Shown here: positions 7,307 to 10,768 of the stretch, one piece after another
Numbering within the stretch: position 1 is the stretch's first letter
Layout of the letters: each line of letters begins with the position of its first letter
Assembly (NCBI GenBank): GCA_038203565.1
Contig: JBBRDV010000046.1
Span: 1-10,768 of the forward strand
Source: Atribacterota bacterium
Lineage (GTDB): Bacteria; Atribacterota; Phoenicimicrobiia; Phoenicimicrobiales; Phoenicimicrobiaceae
Direction of reading: 5' to 3'
DNA: 10,768 nt
Program-made: the position numbers and the translations under genes
Notes under the pieces: generated by a model
What the model saw: only the letters and a program-made list of their open reading frames with translations
The model's database searches: none
Told to the model about the DNA's origin: nothing

Positions 7307-8518
7307 TTAAATATTATCTTTTTTAAAATTTAAAAAATTGTATTTTCTTATTTTCTCTGGAATAAGGCCTTGCGGTTTAAAGATTAATACTGCAATGATT
7401 ATTATACCATAAAATAACATCCGAGCTTCAGCAAAAAATCTAATCTTCTCGGGTATAATAGTTAAAAGAATGGCCCCTAAAATCACTCCTAAAATATTAT
7501 CAAGGCCACCTAATATAACTATGCAAATTAACACTACTGACAAATCAAAACTAAAACTTTCTGGAGAGATAAAACTAATATAGTGTGCATAAATTGATCC
7601 AGCCATACCTCCAAAAATTGCCCCAATTGCAGAAGCTTCTAACTTTCCTTGAGCAATATTTATTCCTTGACATTTGGCTGCAATTTCGTCTTCTCTAATG
7701 GCATTCCATACCAAACCAGTTCTTGAGTTATATAGTCTTTTTACTAAATATAGAGAAAATAATACTATAATCAATACAAGGTAATAAAAATTTGCCTGAA
7801 AGGGCAAATTAATCCCAAATATATTTAATGAAGAACTAAAAGAATATTTTCCTATTATAGGAAAAGGAATATTTGAAATACCTCCAGAACCCCCAGTAAA
7901 TTTTAAATTATTTACTAATAAATGAAAGATAATTTGAAAAGCCATAGTTATTAAAGCATAATAGAAACCTGTGCTTTTTAAAGTTAATGAACCTATTAAC
8001 AAACCAAAGAGTGCAGATATTATTATTGCAGCCAAAATTCCTAGCCAAAATGAAAAGTGAAAATTAACTGTTAGTAAAGCTGAAGTATATGCACCTACAC
8101 CAAAAAAAGCTGCAAATGCAAAATTCACCATTCCAGTGCTCCCTAATTGAATATTTAGGCCCAAAGCCATAATCAAATAGAGACCACTCATAATACAAAT
8201 ATGAAGTAAATAGGTATTATCTTTAAATAAAAAAGGAATAGAAACAATCAACAAAATCATAAAAATAGTTGAAAATGAATTACATTGACTATATGACTCT
8301 TTTACGAGATTTGTAATTTTTTGGTTTCCTCGAAGTATAAAAAATGCAATTATTGGCAGGATAAGTAAAAATAATCTATAATCTATTCCTTCTGAGGATA
8401 AAAAATTTATAAACATATAAAAAATAATTACTTCTGTAACAATTATGGTTAAAAAATAACTAATTTTTTTATATAATGTCTGTGAATAATCGTTACTCTT
8501 AATATTTGGGTTGTTCAT
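7307..8518 (-). CDS. livM: LivM-like ABC transporter permease
   Basis: 403 aa, polytopic. Motifs ALGLNIQLGSTGMVNFAFAAFFGVGAYTSALL, GFYYALITMAF, TGGSGG, SRTGLVWNAIREDEIAA..GIN, AHYISFISPESF and VILGGLDNILG. RBS AAGGAG. Confidence 0.95.
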   Translation of the reverse strand: MNNPNIKSNDYSQTLYKKISYFLTIIVTEVIIFYMFINFLSSEGIDYRLFLLILPIIAFFILRGNQKITNLVKESYSQCNSFSTIFMILLIVSIPFLFKDNTYLLHICIMSGLYLIMALGLNIQLGSTGMVNFAFAAFFGVGAYTSALLTVNFHFSFWLGILAAIIISALFGLLIGSLTLKSTGFYYALITMAFQIIFHLLVNNLKFTGGSGGISNIPFPIIGKYSFSSSLNIFGINLPFQANFYYLVLIIVLFSLYLVKRLYNSRTGLVWNAIREDEIAAKCQGINIAQGKLEASAIGAIFGGMAGSIYAHYISFISPESFSFDLSVVLICIVILGGLDNILGVILGAILLTIIPEKIRFFAEARMLFYGIIIIAVLIFKPQGLIPEKIRKYNFLNFKKDNI

Positions 8519-8562
8519 TATACTCTCCTTCTAATCTCTTGTATATTTTCAGATTAAAATTA

Positions 8563-9267
8563 TTAAATAGTTAAGTATGCTTTTTTAATTACTTCGTTTT
8601 CTTTTAATTCTTTTATGGATCCTTCTATAACAATTTGACCTTTTTGCAATACATAACCCCGAGATGCTATTTTTAGTGCCTTAACAGCATTTTGTTCCAC
8701 CAATAGTATAGTAGTTCCTTCATTGTTTATTCTTTTAATTGCCTCAAATACTTCATCTACTAACATAGGTGCTAAACCTAAAGATGGCTCATCAAGAAGC
8801 ATTATTTTAGGCTTACCCATCATTCCTCTACCAATTGCCAACATTCCTTGTTCACCACCGCTTAACGTGCCAGCAAGTTGATTCTCCCTTTCCTTTAATA
8901 TAGGAAATAAATCATAAACTTCTTTTAGTGTCTTATTTATACTTTTTTCATCCTTTTCATAAAGAGAACCTATCCTTAGATTTTCTAAAATGTTTAAATC
9001 TGGAAATATTCCCCTATTCTCCATAACCATAGAAATTCCCGCTTTGATAATCTCACTGGTTTTCATTTTGTCTATTCGTTTATTTTCCAAATATATATTC
9101 CCATGAATAGGTCTTATTAAACCTATAATGGTATTTAAAATGGTTGTTTTGCCAGCTCCATTAGCGCCTAAAAGAGCTACAATCTCACCTTCATTAATTT
9201 TTAGAGAAACATCTCTTAAAATTTCTACTGTACCATAGCGGGTAGTAATACCATTAATTTTTAGCAT
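8563..9267 (-). CDS. livF: LivF-like ABC transporter ATP-binding protein
   Basis: 234 aa. Walker A GANGAGKTT, signature AGTLSGGEQGMLAIGR, Walker B LLDEPSLGLAP, LLVEQN. RBS AGGAGG lies within the end of livG. Confidence 0.96.
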   Translation of the reverse strand: MLKINGITTRYGTVEILRDVSLKINEGEIVALLGANGAGKTTILNTIIGLIRPIHGNIYLENKRIDKMKTSEIIKAGISMVMENRGIFPDLNILENLRIGSLYEKDEKSINKTLKEVYDLFPILKERENQLAGTLSGGEQGMLAIGRGMMGKPKIMLLDEPSLGLAPMLVDEVFEAIKRINNEGTTILLVEQNAVKALKIASRGYVLQKGQIVIEGSIKELKENEVIKKAYLTI

Positions 9268-9270
9268 TTT

Positions 9271-10044
9271 TTAAATTTCTCCTCCTAAATAAGCCTCTAT
9301 TACTTCTTTATTATTTGACGCTTTTTCAAAAGTCCCTTCAAAAATCTTTATACCATGGTTAAAAACTATTACTCGTTGAGTACTTATTTTTATAACTCTC
9401 ATATCATGCTCTATTAAAATAATATTTAAGTCTGGTTTCTTAATTTTTATTTTCTTTATATCATCCATTAATTCTGTGGTTTCTTCTGGATTCATTCCTG
9501 CCGATGGTTCATCTAACAACAAAAGCTTGGGTCTTGAAGCAAGGGCTCTACAAATCTCTACTCTTTTTTTATCTGCTTGAGATAAATCTTTTGCTTTTTG
9601 ATACATTTTATCTACTAATTCCTTACTAAAATAATTAAAAAGAATAGTTGATTCTTCAATATTTTCTTTTAACTTCTTTTCGGTATAATTTCTTCCAAAC
9701 ATTGAAATAAGCCAACTATAAGATTCCCACCGATGCATACCTAAGAGAACATTATCTAACGCACTCAAACCCCAAAATAGACGAGTATTCTGAAATGTTC
9801 TAGCTATGCCTCTTTTAGTAATCTCATTAGAAGATAAGCCACTAACATTTTCACCATGGAAAAATATATTACCACTGGTAGGTTGATATATTCCGGTAAT
9901 TAAATTAAAAAATGTTGTTTTTCCTGAACCATTTGGACCAATTAATCCTACTATTTCTCCCTCTTTTACAAAAAAATTAATATCCTTGAGTGCTGCTAAA
10001 CCACCGAAATTAATTCCTAGTTTTTCAACTTTTAATATTTCCAT
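9271..10044 (-). CDS. livG: LivG-like ABC transporter ATP-binding protein
   Basis: 257 aa. Motifs FGGLAAL, Walker A GPNGSGKTTFFN, GIARTFQN, LLLLDEPSAGMN, IEHDM and VIEAYLG. Confidence 0.96.
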   Translation of the reverse strand: MEILKVEKLGINFGGLAALKDINFFVKEGEIVGLIGPNGSGKTTFFNLITGIYQPTSGNIFFHGENVSGLSSNEITKRGIARTFQNTRLFWGLSALDNVLLGMHRWESYSWLISMFGRNYTEKKLKENIEESTILFNYFSKELVDKMYQKAKDLSQADKKRVEICRALASRPKLLLLDEPSAGMNPEETTELMDDIKKIKIKKPDLNIILIEHDMRVIKISTQRVIVFNHGIKIFEGTFEKASNNKEVIEAYLGGEI

Positions 10045-10224
10045 CTGGTGTTATTTCTTCTCCCCTTTCCACAAATCTAATATTCTTCTATACACGCTTA
10101 TACTTCTTATATGTTTCTATTTGATGAAATTTATAACATCATTAACTTATTTTACTTTTACAACAATATTTATTTATTTTTTATAGCTTCAGTTAAAGAT
10201 AATGACTTATTTAATTTTCTATTA

Positions 10225-10255
10225 AATTTTGATAATATTTTTATTTATCAAAATT
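10225..10255. promoter_or_regulatory. Perfect 11-bp inverted repeat upstream of livG (candidate transcription-factor site)
   Basis: AATTTTGATAA (10225-10235), N9, TTATCAAAATT (10245-10255). Confidence 0.4.
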
Positions 10256-10272
10256 ATGATTGTATCTCATAT

Positions 10273-10291
10273 AATGGAACATAATTCCATT
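10273..10291. promoter_or_regulatory. IclR/AllR-like operator palindrome
   Basis: AATGGAA-CATAA-TTCCATT. The core TGGAA-N5-TTCCA has the geometry of the E. coli IclR/AllR boxes as recalled. Confidence 0.45.
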
Positions 10292-10376
10292 TATTAATTT
10301 AAAATAAAAAAATAGTCTTTAAAATAAATAGTGTTCTAAATTTTTTTCATATCCATTTTCTAATATATTTTTATAT

Positions 10377-10404
10377 ATACAACATAACTTCTAAAAATCC
10401 TTCT
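10377..10404 (-). promoter_or_regulatory. Possible sigma-H-like promoter upstream of the liv operon
   Basis: Minus strand GAAGGATTTTTAGAAGTTATGTTGTAT: AGGA-N17-GTAT, compared with the Firmicute SigH-type pattern AGGA-N17-GAAT (one mismatch). Confidence 0.25.
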
Positions 10405-10468
10405 TTTTTTTGTAAAAAAAATAAATTATTTTATGTGATCAGGCAAATAATATAAAAAAACCCATTTT

Positions 10469-10768
10469 TTACAAAATCATTCGGGCATCTACTACCTGTA
10501 AACCTTTGTTAAATACGAATATAGGGTTTAAATCTATTTCGTTAATTTCAGGATTTTCCATAGTAAGTTTGGAAATTTTCATCAAAACTTCTTCTATGGC
10601 CTGAATATCTCGGGGAGGTTCACCTCTTGTTCCTTTTAAAATTTCATATCCTTTTATCTCGGTAATCATCCCCCGGGCGTCTTTTCCCTCTATAGGGAGG
10701 ATACGGAAGGAAATATCTTTCAATACCTCCACAAAGATTCCACCAAGTCCAAACATAATGACCGGACC
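10469..10768 (-). CDS. Partial CDS (C-terminus): ADP-forming acetate/acyl-CoA ligase, ATP-grasp (beta) domain
   Basis: The frame is open to the window edge: GPVIMFGLGGIFVEVLKDISFRILP...LKGTRGEPPRD...EINEIDLNPIFV...VVDARMIL, characteristic of ACD-beta/ATP-grasp_5 domains. The ATG at 10756 in the ORF track is internal. Confidence 0.9.
   Translation of the reverse strand, partial: GPVIMFGLGGIFVEVLKDISFRILPIEGKDARGMITEIKGYEILKGTRGEPPRDIQAIEEVLMKISKLTMENPEINEIDLNPIFVFNKGLQVVDARMIL

Noticed and set aside
9986..10186. Plus-strand 66-aa hydrophobic ORF
   Set aside because: It overlaps the livG start on the opposite strand. Its F/I/L/Y richness is expected from AT-rich non-coding DNA, and no RBS was seen.
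10045..10468. Riboswitch (Moco/Tuco), T-box or other ncRNA in the long leader
   Set aside because: The gap is extremely AT-rich with no GC-paired helices or recognisable T-box sequence. An Rfam/Infernal scan would be decisive but could not be run.
10450..10475. Terminator after the acyl-CoA ligase gene
   Set aside because: A T7 tract follows the stop (AAAAAATGGGTTTTTTT), but no stable GC stem precedes it.

Overview
AT-rich bacterial DNA, probably from an anaerobe (inferred from gene content). All genes lie on the minus strand. In transcription order: the 3' end of an ADP-forming acyl-CoA synthetase (ATP-grasp) gene, a ~420-bp regulatory gap with palindromes, then a HAAT/Liv-type ABC transporter in the order livG-livF-livM-livH-livK followed by a strong terminator. 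Next come a small 2x[4Fe-4S] protein translationally coupled to an AOR-family (tungsto/molybdo-bis-pterin) oxidoreductase. Last, behind its own sigma70-like promoter, is a xanthine-dehydrogenase-family molybdopterin subunit and the first codons of a probable FAD subunit. Notable points: (i) livH has one in-frame TGA in an otherwise intact 304-codon frame; (ii) the only strong RBS in front of livK leads to an in-frame ATG-TAT-TAA; (iii) by manual comparison with recalled reference motifs, the binding protein, the AOR and the Xdh-family subunit all deviate at ligand or catalytic positions. This suggests an uncharacterised uptake-and-oxidation module for a non-amino-acid substrate, whose transporter may be decaying. 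No rRNA, tRNA, CRISPR array or mobile element was seen.
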